Shown here: one piece after another, positions 13,302 to 26,436 of the stretch | How the letters are laid out: each line of letters starts with the position of its first letter | Numbering within the stretch: the first letter of the stretch is position 1 | From: Utricularia gibba | Taxonomy: Eukaryota; Plantae; Magnoliophyta | DNA length: 64,000 bases | NCBI GenBank assembly: GCA_002189035.1 | Contig: CM007989.1 | Location: 5,270,001 to 5,334,000 of the forward strand | Direction: 5' to 3' | Made by a program: the position numbers and the translations under genes | The notes under the pieces: model-generated | The model's database searches: none | Seen by the model: the letters and a program-made list of their open reading frames with translations, nothing else | What the model was told of the DNA's origin: nothing

Positions 13302-15848
13302 CTGATCTATTATCCCACTTCAAAATCTGAAATGAATTGTTCGCTAATCTCATGATATGGCGAATTCAAGTGCAACCGTACATATGGACAACAAAGGGAG
13401 TAGTAGCATGCAAGATCCTGTTCTAATGGTGATAAACTAAGAGCAACAAAATGCCTTAATGACAGAAATATTTCCATACATTAAGTCATCATCAGCACTT
13501 ATTCTAACAAATAGCAAGGAACCCGAGAGATGGCATGAAAGGCTGACAAAGAATGCACAGTTAGAGAATATCATGAAGAAACCGCGATGGTGTCATAGAC
13601 AAAGGAAAGCCTAGTAAGGAGAAAAAGATGCAAGAAGATCATTTATGAACCAAGCATGGAGAGGTAAGAAAAAGCAACAAAAATCCTAGAAAGAAGAAAA
13701 GAGGAGTTCAGAAGGGAGTTGGAGAAATTCTCTCAAAGAAAAAAGAATTCGGTTTATGAACAATCCAATTAGCAAGGGAAGGTGGGCGATTTAGACATGC
13801 TCTAGAGCAAAACACATGTATTGGGCATGGAGATGTGTTAGTTGATATGACTCGACCTTGAGGAATAGTGTTGAGGGACTATTGAGGGCAATGCCCCTTC
13901 GTTTTGATCTATTCTCCAATGATTTGATCAAGGAAGAAGTTAAAAGGGGATTTACAATCCCAAGCGGTTTGCCCACATATGATGGGAAAATGGATCTCAT
14001 ATCCCACATGACGGATTTTGATATGAGAATGGCAATAGTATGACATACTGAAGCAATAAAGTGCAAGTTGTTCACACGTTCGGTCCAATGTGGAGAAAAA
14101 ACCTGGTTCAACCAATTAGAGCTCTGCGAAATGAGGTTCTATAGAGAGTTAATCCTACACTTTACAACCCGATATGTTGTCAACATTAGAGCCCCACCTT
14201 GAAATCTTGCACTATCGCCTATCAAAATCCCCAATGAGAAACTTGAGAGAACTATTGAGGAAGATCATGAAAATACATTTGGGTTGATGATGACCTGAGG
14301 GCAGTAGGCAGAAATCGGGTCTACGCACACTCGATCTTGCATTATGATATGGGAGCAAATCAAATAATGCATCATAGCAAACAGCGAGAAGTTTATCACG
14401 TGGAACCTGTGATGTTGAACACCTATTGTGAGATCCATAAAGTGATAGGTACAACAATGGCAAATGCCAAGTGATCAAAAAGATGATTACGCAGTATCAC
14501 AACAACAGAGAGCGAAGCAGTGGAATTAGGAATTCAAAAGCTTGGATTGGCCATAGGTGAGGATGAAATTATCAAAAAGGTGTGGAGGAGGGAACCGATA
14601 TCTTAAATTCCTGCTAGACTCTAGGAGAACATGCACCAAAACTGCAAAGAATCAACTAGAAAGAAAGAGCAGAATAAATCGGAAACTTCATGGGATGCTA
14701 ATCATGTATAGGACAGCCCCCCATATCTGGACACCTATTTCGAAGATTTATGTTGTCTCAAGAGAAATAGAGGTGGATGAGTCAGAAAAAGCTAGGAACA
14801 CATATCTGGACAAGCGAGGAAAGGAGATGTCTTCGAGATTGGAAGAAATCCACCTGAAAGAGCCATCAAGCAATAGCAAGAAAGTAGTTTCGGCAAGAAC
14901 TGGTGGGATATAAAGAGCTACAGCTTCTATTTTGGGATCCACCAAAAGTGACACAAATTCATGCAGATTTGAACGTCATTTTTCAAGGGAAGTTGACCAA
15001 ATCATTGAAAAAGAATACGAATATTCTCTTGCTCTCCTGCAGATTTTTCAGGGATTAATCACTCTGTCGAAGAATATCACATCAATACCTACCCAGGAGT
15101 CCGGCTAGTTCAACAAAAGCACACACAATTTTCATCCGAAAAAATGTCGAATCATCAAACAAAAAACCCAAGAGCTGTTGGATGCCGATGACATGATGGA
15201 GATTTAATATTCAGAGAGGCAACCCTATTGTCATCCCGAAGCAAGGAGGGAAACGGAAAATATGTGTGGACTTCACCACACTCAACACCTACTATAAAAG
15301 GGTTTCATATCTTCTCACGAAATTAATAGGCTGATCGACACTATCTCAAGACCCCAATTCATGAGCATGATGGATGTCTATTCCAAATATAATCAAATCT
15401 TTGTGGCCGAGAAAGATTAGACCAAGAAGACCTTCTATTCTGAGGATCGGGTCTACTGCTACATGGCCATGCCATTCGATTTGAAGAACGCTGGGGTTAC
15501 CTATCAAAGATTGGTGAATAAAATCTTTTCTCGCAAAATCGGGAAAGCTATGGAAGTGCATGTGGATGGAAAAGGCTATGAAATCTTCTCTATGCTGATC
15601 TTATGAGCTTAAACGTAATCCATTAAAATGCTACTTTTGGAGTAAGAAGCAAAAAACTTCTTGGCCACTATGTTTTGAAAAGAGGGATTGAATCCAATCC
15701 TGAGAAAACAAAGGCGATTTGTGAAATACAACCTCTGAAGACAATAAAGGAATATCAAAGTGTTAGAGAGAAGCTCACCGCTCTTAGTTGATTTATATCT
15801 TAGTCGACTAACAAATCTACCTCATTTATCAAATTCCTCCGCAAGGGA

Positions 15849-16417
15849 TAGAGTTGGGCACAAGTTGGGCCTGCATGGATACGGGTCTGACCATTGAGTC
15901 GAACGATGGTATATAAGTCATCATGGGTTCAACCCATGAAGGGTTGACCTTTGACCCAACCCGAGTATGTGCCAACATATTTAATGTGAGTTTAGGGTTT
16001 TGTCTCCCATAGCATTTATTTGTTATGATAACCCAATCTTTAGGCCTCATAATTGTTAACATAAATACAAGAAAATGAAAAATTTTGAGAATCAATCCTA
16101 CATTTAAGTACCAACATCTTGGTTACCCAATCAAAGACCCAATAACAAAACGCATAAGAAATTCAGTTAAAGGAAAGAACTCTCATATCCAAAGCTGCAT
16201 TCTTGAAGCACAAAAACATGGAAAGCAATCACTTAAGAAAATTGAAGAGTGAAAAAAAAATTACGGTTTTAATACCCTTGATGTGGCAAGTCAACCCGTT
16301 TCCATCATGCACGACCTGACACATACCCATTGTGAATAAGTATGAGTTACGGGCCGGGTCATCAACAGTTTAACCCGCTAGGTTAGCGGGTAGATCAGGA
16401 ACCATGTCCCACCTCTA
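15849..16417. mobile_element. Non-autonomous hAT element (MITE), 569 bp, inserted in the Tat RT
   Basis: Imperfect TIRs TAGAGTTGGGCA / GTCCCACCTCTA; perfect 8-bp TSD GCAAGGGA (15841-15848, 16418-16425); RT coding resumes after it. Confidence 0.9.
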
Positions 16418-17548
16418 GCAAGGGAAATGCACTTGAATAGAACGAGGACAGGCGAGTTGCATTCGAGAAATTGAAGGCATACTTATCATCACCACCACTT
16501 CCGGTATCACCCAAGGGAGATGATCCAATGGGTTTATACTTCTTGATGTCTCCCATTGCAATCAGTAGAGTTTTGGTAACCATATCGAGAGAGAAGCATC
16601 TACTGGAATATTACGTGAGCAAGGTTCTTCTGCCCGTAGAAACACGATATTTAGTTACATAAAAGTTCATATTGGTTTTGAAGATGGCAGACACAAAATT
16701 GAAGTGATTTTGAAGATCGGCACATCGTGGTATTCAGAAATGGGCCATCGAATTGAACACAATGAACATTGAATTTATACTAAGAATGGTAATTAAGGCT
16801 CAACCTCTCGTCAATTTCTTAGAGGAAATGATGCAGTCAATTAGGTGAATTATAGATAGACTATGCATATTGATAGGTCAACGTACAATGACGCCGAAGG
16901 TGAAATAGGCATCAAAAATTTAGATGGAGATGAAAGTTATCTTACAGTGAAGTTCTAGTTTCTTGCTACCAACAATATAGCTGAATATGAAGCTCTAAAT
17001 GAGGGGATGAAAATGGCGAGGGAAACAAGGGTAACAGAGCTTAATGTTTATATCGATTCATTTGGAGAAACGTTCTTATCTGATTCGGAATACCTAGAGA
17101 ACTAGTGATAGACAACGAAACTATATTTTTTGGAGGCAAAATGGATGCTTTCTTGGAAAAATATTTGTTCATACACAATTTCCATTTAGTGTACCACCCA
17201 CAAAGTAACGACTTGATAGAAGTTATGAACTGAACCATCAAGCAACACATAAAAACTAACGAAAATTTTGGTGACCAATTAGACAATGTTTTATGTTCAT
17301 ATCATACAACCCCCATAACAACGATAGATGAGTCCCCCTTCTCACTTATATATGTGCCCAATGGAGTTAACATTGAAAACTTACTGGATTGAATATTATG
17401 AAGTAAATAATGCTGAGTTGAGAAGAATGGAGCTAGAGTTACTAGAAGAAAAGAGGCAGGATGTCTATGTCCGGCTAGGGGCTTATCAAAAGAGAATTGA
17501 GAAAACTTACAACAGATCTGTCCGACCTAGGGAGTTCAAAGGAAATTT

Positions 17549-20500
17549 TGTTGTTGCAAGAAAAATAGAGTCTTGGGAAGTAACAAAAAGGTAATGCTTA
17601 TGAGATCACCTTGGATGAAAAACGACTCATGAACAATAAGAATGACCGAAAACCTAATTGACACGCATTCCTAGTAGGGTTTATATATACCCAATACCTA
17701 GGTTACCCAACAGTGGGCCACAATCATTGAAAACACACAAAAAGCCCAACAACTCGAATCCAACACTTCCATGCTTGAACCCAACACCTTTTTTTATCTG
17801 AAATATGACATTATGACACAAGTTTAGTTCTTCCAATCACCTTCAAGCTTTGGATTGAGGCTGATCTCCAACACTCCCCCCAGACCGAGATCTCCCAACT
17901 TGAGAAAGTCTTCTATAGTCATGAGATTCATGTTCTTCCTTGCTAGCTCAAACTGAACTCTGTTCAAACCTTTGGTGAGCCCATCAACAAGCTGATTCCC
18001 ACTCTCAACATACTGCACTTTAATCTTCTTCTCCTTGATGTAATTCCTTATGACATGATACCTGATTCTTATGTGTTTGGCTTTGCTGAAGTTCGTCGGA
18101 TCCTTGGCAATGGAGATTGCAGCTCGATTATCCATAAGCAGATGTGTAGCTTCCTGTTGTATGAATTCAAGTTCGTTTAGCATCTGCCTGAACCAAACAC
18201 AATAGTTCGAAGCATATGCTGCTGAGATGTATTCTGCTTCAGCTGTTGATTGTGTTACCACTTTTTGTTTCTTCGAAAACCAGACTACAGGGCTCTTATT
18301 TAAGAAGAAGAGTGCACCAGATGTACTCTTGCTATCTTCAGCCATACCATAATCACTATCTGAGTAGGCTCTAAGTTTCAAGACTGGTTTTTCACCTTCA
18401 TAGGGATAGAACAATCCGAAATCAGTAGATGATTTTATGTACCTGAAAGCTCTTTTCACAGCTGCCATGTGAGTTGTTGTTGGTTTGTTGAGGAAGCGAG
18501 ATAAGACATTTACACAAAAACACAAGTCAGGCCTTATATGCTGGAGATAAATGAGGCTTCCAATCATACTTCTATAAGTAGTGGCATCCACATTCCTTCC
18601 CTGATTGTTCTCTCCAATCACTTGTTTGTAATCCAAAGGCGTTTTTGAAGGATTGACATCTTTGAACCCAAACCTTTCAAGAAGTTCATTACAGTACTTT
18701 TTCTGAGATATGAATGTTCCAACACCTTCAAGTTGATGAATTTCCATGCCTAGATAGTAGGACATCATTCCAAGGTCAGTCATCTTGAATTCATTTTTTA
18801 GCAGAGCTTTGAATTCCTCAATCTTCCTTTCATTACCTGAGGTAATCATAAGATCATCCACATATAAGCTAATAAATAAACGATCATTTTCTTTTCCTTT
18901 AACATATATTGAGTAATCACTATATGTTTTTCTGAAACCAATACCCTGAAGAAAGTTATTCATGCGTTCATTCCATGCTCTAGGAGCTTGCTTCAACCCA
19001 TAGAGAGATTTCTTTAGCTTCAATACCTTGTCTTCATGACCTGACACTTCGAAGCCCTTTAGTTGTTCAACAAAAACAACCTCTCCAACACACCATTCAA
19101 GAACGTAGTCTTAACATCCATGTGATGCACTTTCCATCCATGAGCAGCTGAAATGGCAATAAGTACTTTAATCGTGTCAAATCTTGCTACTGGTGCAAAA
19201 ATCTCATGAAAATTTATTCCTTTGATCTGACTATATCCCTTGGCTACTAATCTAGCCTTATATTTGTTGATAGAACCATATGCATTCATCTTGGTTTTGA
19301 ATAACCACTTGAGGCCAATAGGTTTGAAACCTCTATCCTTGGGTTTATCAACTAACTCCCATGTTTCATTTTAAGTATAGAATTCATTTCCTTCATGGCC
19401 TCTCTCCATTTCGGATTTTGTACAGCCACTTCAAATGATGTTGGATCTCCTGTCAATAATCCAGCCAAAATATCAGCTACAGCATCTTGGACATCATCAT
19501 TCAACTTGGAGAAACTTATTGTAGGAGCCTTGTTTCTTTTGCTTCGTCTAATGTCAGTAACATGACTATCTTCATTATCTATTGAATCTCTGATGTTTTT
19601 ACGTTTCCTCCTTTGCCAATCACGATCAGATGGGTAATAATCTTCATCATCAGTATTAGGTTTCTCTCCATCAGATTCATCTGTTGATGAGTCTTCTGCA
19701 TTCGTGCCTTGCTCCTCTTCCTGGATTTCGAAATTCCCATCTGAATGTAGATCATTGGCCTGATGAGATTGTCCATATAGGGGTTCAGAGTTTGATTCTG
19801 AATTCTCATTGGACGAGTCATCTTGATTTGTTACCTTCTCCTCCTCTGGAGCTGGAAAATTCTCATCTGAATGCTGATCATTTACTTGATTTGAATCTTC
19901 ATGAACGAGTTCTGAAGTTTCTTGGTTTGTTGAATTCCTGGGAGAGAAGTTTTGAGGCATGTGTGTCCAGAGGTCTCCTTTCCCATGGGTGCTATGCCTT
20001 CCATCACTTTTATGAGCTTCTTCATCATTCATAGAAATGCAATCATCAATTAAAATATACCTTGCACCTTTATCAAAAGTGACATCATTGCTGAAGATAA
20101 ATTTCTTCTGTTGAGGTAAATAAACTTTATATCCCTTGATAGTGTTGCTATAACCAACAAATACACTAGATACAGATTTCTTATCAAGTTTTCCTCGTTT
20201 TTGGTCTGGTACATGAGTAAAACACAGACTGCCAAAGATTTTGAGATGATCAACCTTTTTAATATAACCATGCCATTTTTCATGCACGGTTTTTCCACTA
20301 ATCACCCTTGAGGGAAGCAAGTTCAATAGATACAGATGTAGATACCGCTTCAGCCCAGAAATTTACAAGAAGATCTTTCTCAAACAATAGACATCTTGAC
20401 ATATCAAAGATTGTTCTGTTTCTCCTTTCACATACACCATTCTGTTGTGGAGAATATGGTACGGTGAATTGATGCATGATTCCCTCATTTTCACAGAACA

Positions 20501-22922
20501 TTCTCATGCTATTATTGTAGAATTCGCCTCCATTGTCTGATCTAATCATCTTCAAAGAGCATCCACTCTGATTCTCAATCATCACTTTGAATTTTCGAAA
20601 GATATGATGAACTTCTGACTTGCTTTTAAGAAAGTAAACCCAACAATAACGTGAATAATCATCAATGAATGTAACAAAATATCTACTCCCCCTAATGAAC
20701 ATTCCTTAAATGGTCCACAAACATCTGTATGCACAAGCTCAAATTTCTCCTTTGCTACTGAATCACTGGAATAAAAGGGCTTTCTACACTGTTTACCTTG
20801 ATGGCACACTTCACATATGGCATTAGCAAACTTGATGTCTTTCAATTCCAGTACTTCCTTATTCTTCTGCAATATTTTCAAATTGTTGAAGCTATAGTGC
20901 CCAAAACGTTTGTGCCAAAGGCTGCTTTGATCCTGAAGTGAGAAAATACAACTTTTATGATCACTGACCATGATTTGGTAGAGGTTGTAGGTGGTCAACA
21001 CAGCATGGAATTCAATCTTCGTTTTTGGATCAGCAACCTTAACTTTAGTGGTTATACCACCAGCATCCTTCATCAGCTCAATGTCAAAACCTTGCCTGCT
21101 CAATTGGCCAAAGCTCAACAGGTTCTGTTTGAGGTTTGGTGAATAATAAACATCATCAACTTGAACAATTCCTTCTTTTAGCAAGAGTAAAATGCTTCCT
21201 TTGCCCACAATGCCAATATTTTCACCAGTGCACGTGCTTACCTCCTTCCCAATCCTTTCAAGCTTGAGAAATGACCTTATATCACAACATACATGATAGG
21301 AGGCACCAGAGTCCAAGTACCAACCTTTAACATCTGAGGCTACTGTCATTAGAGCACACTCATACTCAAAAGGATCTTCAAAAGATATTTCTGGCTCATC
21401 TTCAAAGTAGGTAAAGGATGCATGTGATTTCTCTTCCCTCGATGTAGCCTTCTTGTTATGTTCAACTTTTATTGGATTTGACATTCCACATACCTTATCA
21501 AGATGGCCTCTTTGATTGCATTTCGTGTACAAAGCATCAGGCTTCCACCAACAAAACTCACTCCTGTGATTCTGTTTGTTGCAATGCTTGCAAGCATTTT
21601 TGCTTAAAGTCCAACAATCTTCACTCTTATGGTTGGATTTGTCACAATGCCTGCACTTCTGATTGCCCATCGTTGATGTTTGGATTGACGTTGGTGATTG
21701 TTTGATGGCTGTTGTCTTGACATCCTTGACATTGTTAATTGCACCTGAGGTTATATTCATATTCTGAATTTTGGTGAGGAGAGCAGCTTCACCATAAGTT
21801 TTCTCAACTTCATAACCATCTCTTAGTTCCAATCTCTTTTCTGTAGATTGCAACTCAATCATGAAGTCTCTAAATGTTGGCTCTGGTGTAACAGGATATT
21901 CAGGATACAGCTGATGGAGCTTTCCTTCAATAATGTCAAGGATTTTTCTTTCTGTCTCAAGTGCACATAACTTTGGCTCGAATCTTGCAGGTAGGCTCAT
22001 GATTGCCTTGCTAATCACCTTTTGATCCTCAAGTTTTTCCCCCAATCCTCGAATCTCCTTCACAAGCTTCGCAGTACGTTCATAATAGACTTGTATGGTT
22101 TCATTGTCTAACATTTTGTTCCTCTCAAAGTCCTCCAGCTTGTTTTTGCATATTATCTCTCTGAGTTTGGCATCGCCTTCATAATGGGATTTGAGAGTAT
22201 CCCATATTTCTTTTGCTGATTGACACTCTGCAATATCATCAAATAGATGTTCAGAGATGGCTTGATACAAGGCATCCATTGCTTCATCTTTTCTCTGTTG
22301 AAGATACTCAGCTTCCTCTTGCTGTTCTGATGTGGATTTGCTTGTTATTGTAATAGCCGGAATCTCCCTTTTAACAACATCCCAAATCTTTCTGACCTGA
22401 AGGTAGCTTCGCATCTTTTTGACCCAGCTTCCATACTCTGATCTATCAAATATTAGAGGTCCTCTACCAGATGCCATCATAGCCACCGCTTGACAAGCTT
22501 TGGGTTGATACTTGGTAATCTACCAAGTAAAAAACGCTGAACGGTATATAAAATACTGAAACGAACACAGGTTTGAGAACCTTACTGCTCTGATACCATG
22601 TTGTTGCAAGAAAAATAGAGTCTTGGGAAGTAACAAAAAGGTAATGCTTATGAGATTACCTTGGATGAAAAACGACTCATGAACAATAAGAATGACCGAA
22701 AACCTAATTGACATGCATTCCTAGTAGGGTTTATATATACCCAATATCTAGGTTACCCAACAGTGGGCCACAATCATTGAAAACACACAAAAAGCCCAAC
22801 AACTCGAATCCAACACTTCCATGCTCGAACCCAACACCTTTTTTATCTGAAATATGACATTATGACACAAGTTTAGTTCTTCCAATCACCTTCAAGCTTT
22901 GGATTGAGGCTGATCTCCAACA
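17549..22922 (-). mobile_element. Full-length young Ty1/Copia element (Ivana-like), 5374 bp
   Basis: LTRs 22599-22922 and 17549-17873 differ by 4 substitutions and one 1-bp indel. TSD AATTT (17544-17548, 22923-22927). PBS (reverse complement of TGGTATCAGAGC) at 22587-22598; PPT GGGGGGAG at ~17874-17881. Order gag-PR-INT-RT-RH. Confidence 0.97.
17824..22486 (-). pseudogene. Copia gag-pol polyprotein broken by four small frameshifts (~20700, ~20330, ~19365, ~19080)
   Basis: ORFs 20582-22486 (gag, zinc knuckles, WYLDSGASYHV protease, SLWHKRFGH), 20298-20702 ([25 protein letters not shown]), 19352-20326, 19059-19289 (YKARLVAKG), 17824-19047 (YVDD; YSDSDYG RNase H). The stop lies inside the 3' LTR. 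Confidence 0.95.
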
Positions 22923-24849
22923 AATTTGATGCTCAAGAGCATACAGACTCAAAGACATGTCAGAAAACGAGAGCAGAATTGGGAAGGTCCTTACTAAATT
23001 TTGAAGCATATCAGCTAGAACAACTCAATGGGGTTGAACTCTCGAGATCTTAGAATGTGGCACATTTGTGAAGGTTTTATGTGGCACATTTGTGAAAGTT
23101 TTAGCTAGATTCCGTCTATTTTCACATTGTCGACATTAAATTCGGTACTATGTTTATTGATATTGACATTTTATATCAAATGCCCCAGGCAACAATGAAA
23201 TCCTCCTAAGCAAAGGAGAAGAAAAAATAACACTAAAAGTCCTGCCAAATCAATGTAAGCCCAGGCATAGCCTCACTCATTAACATGATTTGTCCCATAG
23301 GGTAATTGGAGCTTTTGCAAAACATAAACCCTCCTAAACCCACACATGTATCATAAAAAGCCTTTGTATCAAAATCGAGCACCCCTTCCCATAACTAAAT
23401 GCATAAGCCTCGAATCAAGCCCTATGGATGGGATCTTCTATCGATCCAAGGAAGGTAAGCACACCTAGAGAAAGTCTGAGCATATACGAAATGCGAGTAT
23501 CGGCCAAGTAGGGCCTTTTCAGAGAGGGGGAAGGATCCCATCTATGAGAGGTGGCGATTCCTACTCAAACAATGGCTCCGCACATGTGAGAAACCCCACT
23601 TAGGCAAAAAAGCTCAACAAGAAGTTGGCGATAATAGTTAAATATATACAAAAACCAACTATAGTAAGATAAAGACCCCAAATCAGGATCGAACCCCAAA
23701 TCACGGAAAAAACGGATGTCATGGTAATATAGCTTGGAATGAAATGTCTAGAATGCAATGTTCAAAGAGGAGGCTGAGTTGAAGTCCCATCCAACTGCTT
23801 AAGTTCAGCGGCCATCTTCTACTCCTCCATTCTTCGCCGAACAATGGCCTGCAAACCCTAACTCTAGAGCATCTGCCAAATCCCAGGGATCATCCTTCTT
23901 GTGTTCATCTTTTTGCAAAGGATTCACCTGATCCCAACAAGGGTTCAAAACGGAAAGACTGAATACTTGAGCAACTTAGCATAGCTATCGATACATGACC
24001 AGGCTGATCAAGTCCTCATTGTACTAACCCGCTAGCTCTAAAAAGCATATTTGAGTGCACGAAGTTGTCCAACTAATCTCGATGGACCAACTAAAAGTTG
24101 CGTATTTTGGCTGCCATCCCAACATTCTAATCAATCTGGCGATGAAGAGATGACTCAGCCAATTCATTTTGAGATTTGAAATTTTCTATCTTGAGATCGA
24201 CAACATCAACAGCCTTCTCCAACTCAACAATAACACCCTCCTGCTCCTCTTCCTAACAAGTCTGCTTGCCCAAGATGGTCTTCAAGGAAGTCTCCTCATC
24301 CTTCAGCCACTCAATCTCAGAATCCCTCTCCATGATAATGGCATGAAGTTCCGAAATCTTCTCAGAAAGTGACTCGTTCTCCACGTAGTTTTCCATCTAC
24401 TGAGTAACCTCTAAGATGTAATTCAAAGAGCAAAATAAGGATGCTAGAGGGATCTTCAAATCGGAGGCCGTAATAGGGGATAATACCTACCAAAAATCCT
24501 CAAGTATTCCTCACGGTAGGGATCGAGGAGAGTAGGAGACAGAACTTTCCAGCATCGCCCTCAATTTAGTCGGAACTTCGGTTGATGGAGTCATGGAACC
24601 CTTGATGACGGTGGGAAGATTTGCTGAAGTGGAAGGCCTATCCTGAGTGTGGATGTTTGAAGGGAAGTGTTGATGTCAGCACAAGGGATTTGATAAGGTT
24701 GAAGTTAGGAGGAGACGGTGTTTTCTCCTTCTTTGTGTCTGGGGCAATCAGTACTTGCATGAGGGAAGTCTTAGCCACTTCAATATCCTTCAAAGAGCTC
24801 GCCCTGTCAGACTCAGTCCCATCAAAAGTGGAGCTCTAGAAAGAAAAAT

Positions 24850-25620
24850 CGACTATTGAAACCGCTTCCATGAAGGAAACAAATAGAGAAGAAAGAGACT
24901 TACTTTAGAAATCGGATGCATGCCCGATTCACATACTTCCTGCATTGTAGCATTTAGACGAGCTCTTGCGGCTGCTTGGAGGGCTTGCAATCGTATCGTT
25001 TTGTCAGTTGCAAGGCCGAACCATAATTGGTTGAGTCGAAAATATGATGGAATGTAGCTACCTTTTTGGTTTTCTGGAAGGTTTGATAGCAAAGGTCTTA
25101 ACCAATCTCTCTTTCTTAGAAGCTTGGAGAAGGATAGGAGACTTGCGAACAGGAGAAGAAGGCCTGGAATGAGTAGCCATCAGCACTAGTGGTTCTTAAG
25201 GGGTGGGATTAAAAAAGGAAGACTCGGTATCGATGGTTATAAAAAAAGAGAAAAATTGGCCAACATTTATTATGACTACAACTGACAATACCGGATGGAT
25301 CAAAGTCATGTTCGAAAGCATAGAAGAATGGGATTCGTATTGGATGGTGCTTTTGCTGAATCTTTTATAAATCTCTTCTTGGCCTACTAAAGAGGATCGA
25401 TAACATTCGCAAATTTTTATAGAAAATGGAATGGAAGAAATGAAACGAAAATTCCATCTGGCATCAATGCAAGGGGCCAAATTGACGAAATTGAGGAATG
25501 AGAGCACGCATACATCGGTGGCTTCACCCTACGAACAAAAATTTTAAAAATTCTAAGGAAATCCATCAACAAGAGGGTTCGTAAAGATTGGAGGAGTAGA
25601 CCACAAAGGTAGTGAAACAA
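24850..25620 (-). pseudogene. Degenerate antisense ORF in the 3' region of the Tat-like element
   Basis: Frameshifted FVNLAPC/LMPDGIFVSF motif resembling the antisense ORFs of Tat/Retand elements; lies between integrase and 3' LTR. Confidence 0.5.
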
Positions 25621-26436
25621 AGGCTCGAATTTGTTACTAAGCAGTATATTGGAATGGCGAAACTATGAAGATATAAAGACCAAATAGGACTTCAGGTGGT
25701 CAAATCTAGGGTGAAAAATCGAAATCATAGTAGACGCTAAATCAAACATCTAGGCAAGTACTGCATGAATCAGCCATGGGCTGTAAATTGGCTATTGAAT
25801 AGAAACAACAAATCGGGCCATGAGTAACACAGCAACGTACGCATATAAATCAAATCAAGGCATCCGAAAAAGCAAGCGCATACTTGGCGAGGATAGGAAA
25901 AGGATAGTATCAAACCCTAGCTGTTTTAACACAGTGTGAAAAGCAAGACCACTAGTGAGACCAACATATCCTACTAGATGCAGAAAGCAATTAAATCATT
26001 CAGAATCGGTTGGCTAGGCTACCCTATAAATAGAAGCTCATGCACATTCAACACTTTGCATCCCTCATGCCCCATGTAATCCCCTTATTTTCTCTTCTTC
26101 ATAGTAAATCCATTTCTCCAATAAGCTTCCCTAGTTCCATGGTTTTTCGTTACAGCAGTTTCTACATTAAAATCCTGGTGTCTTTGCATACGTTTTAATA
26201 CTAACCAAACCTCATAACCATAAATTAGTAATATTGAACCTGGCAATATAAACCGATTTATCCTAACAAATCTGCCCCTTTCCCTTTACCGATTTTTTAA
26301 CCACAACAATTGAAAATTCAGTCCATACACACATTTTTTTTAACAAAACTTAAGCTGCATGGTAACCCAAATTGCATTACTAAGTCATGGTTATTATGGT
26401 GTCATATATTTGATGTATAATTTCTCTGTTTTGAAA

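Larger units (their letters stand above)
12548..26308 (+). mobile_element. Degenerate Ty3/Gypsy element of the Tat/Retand group, with nested insertions
   Basis: LTRs ~12548-13282 and ~25632-26308 both end TTAACCACAACA. PBS TGGCGCCCATTGTGGGG at 13285-13301. gag (PTYDGKMDLISHM, ~13860-14480); RT (MPFDLKNAGVTYQRLVNKIF, ~15470-15530); RNase H (AEYEAL, ~16980); integrase tail RPREFKG|NLMLK..NWEGPY split by the Copia. LTR starts are approximate and no TSD was found. Confidence 0.85.

Noticed and set aside
17328-17594. 88-aa ORF as an independent gene
   Set aside because: Ty3 integrase tail reading into the inserted Copia LTR; its continuation resumes at 22923.
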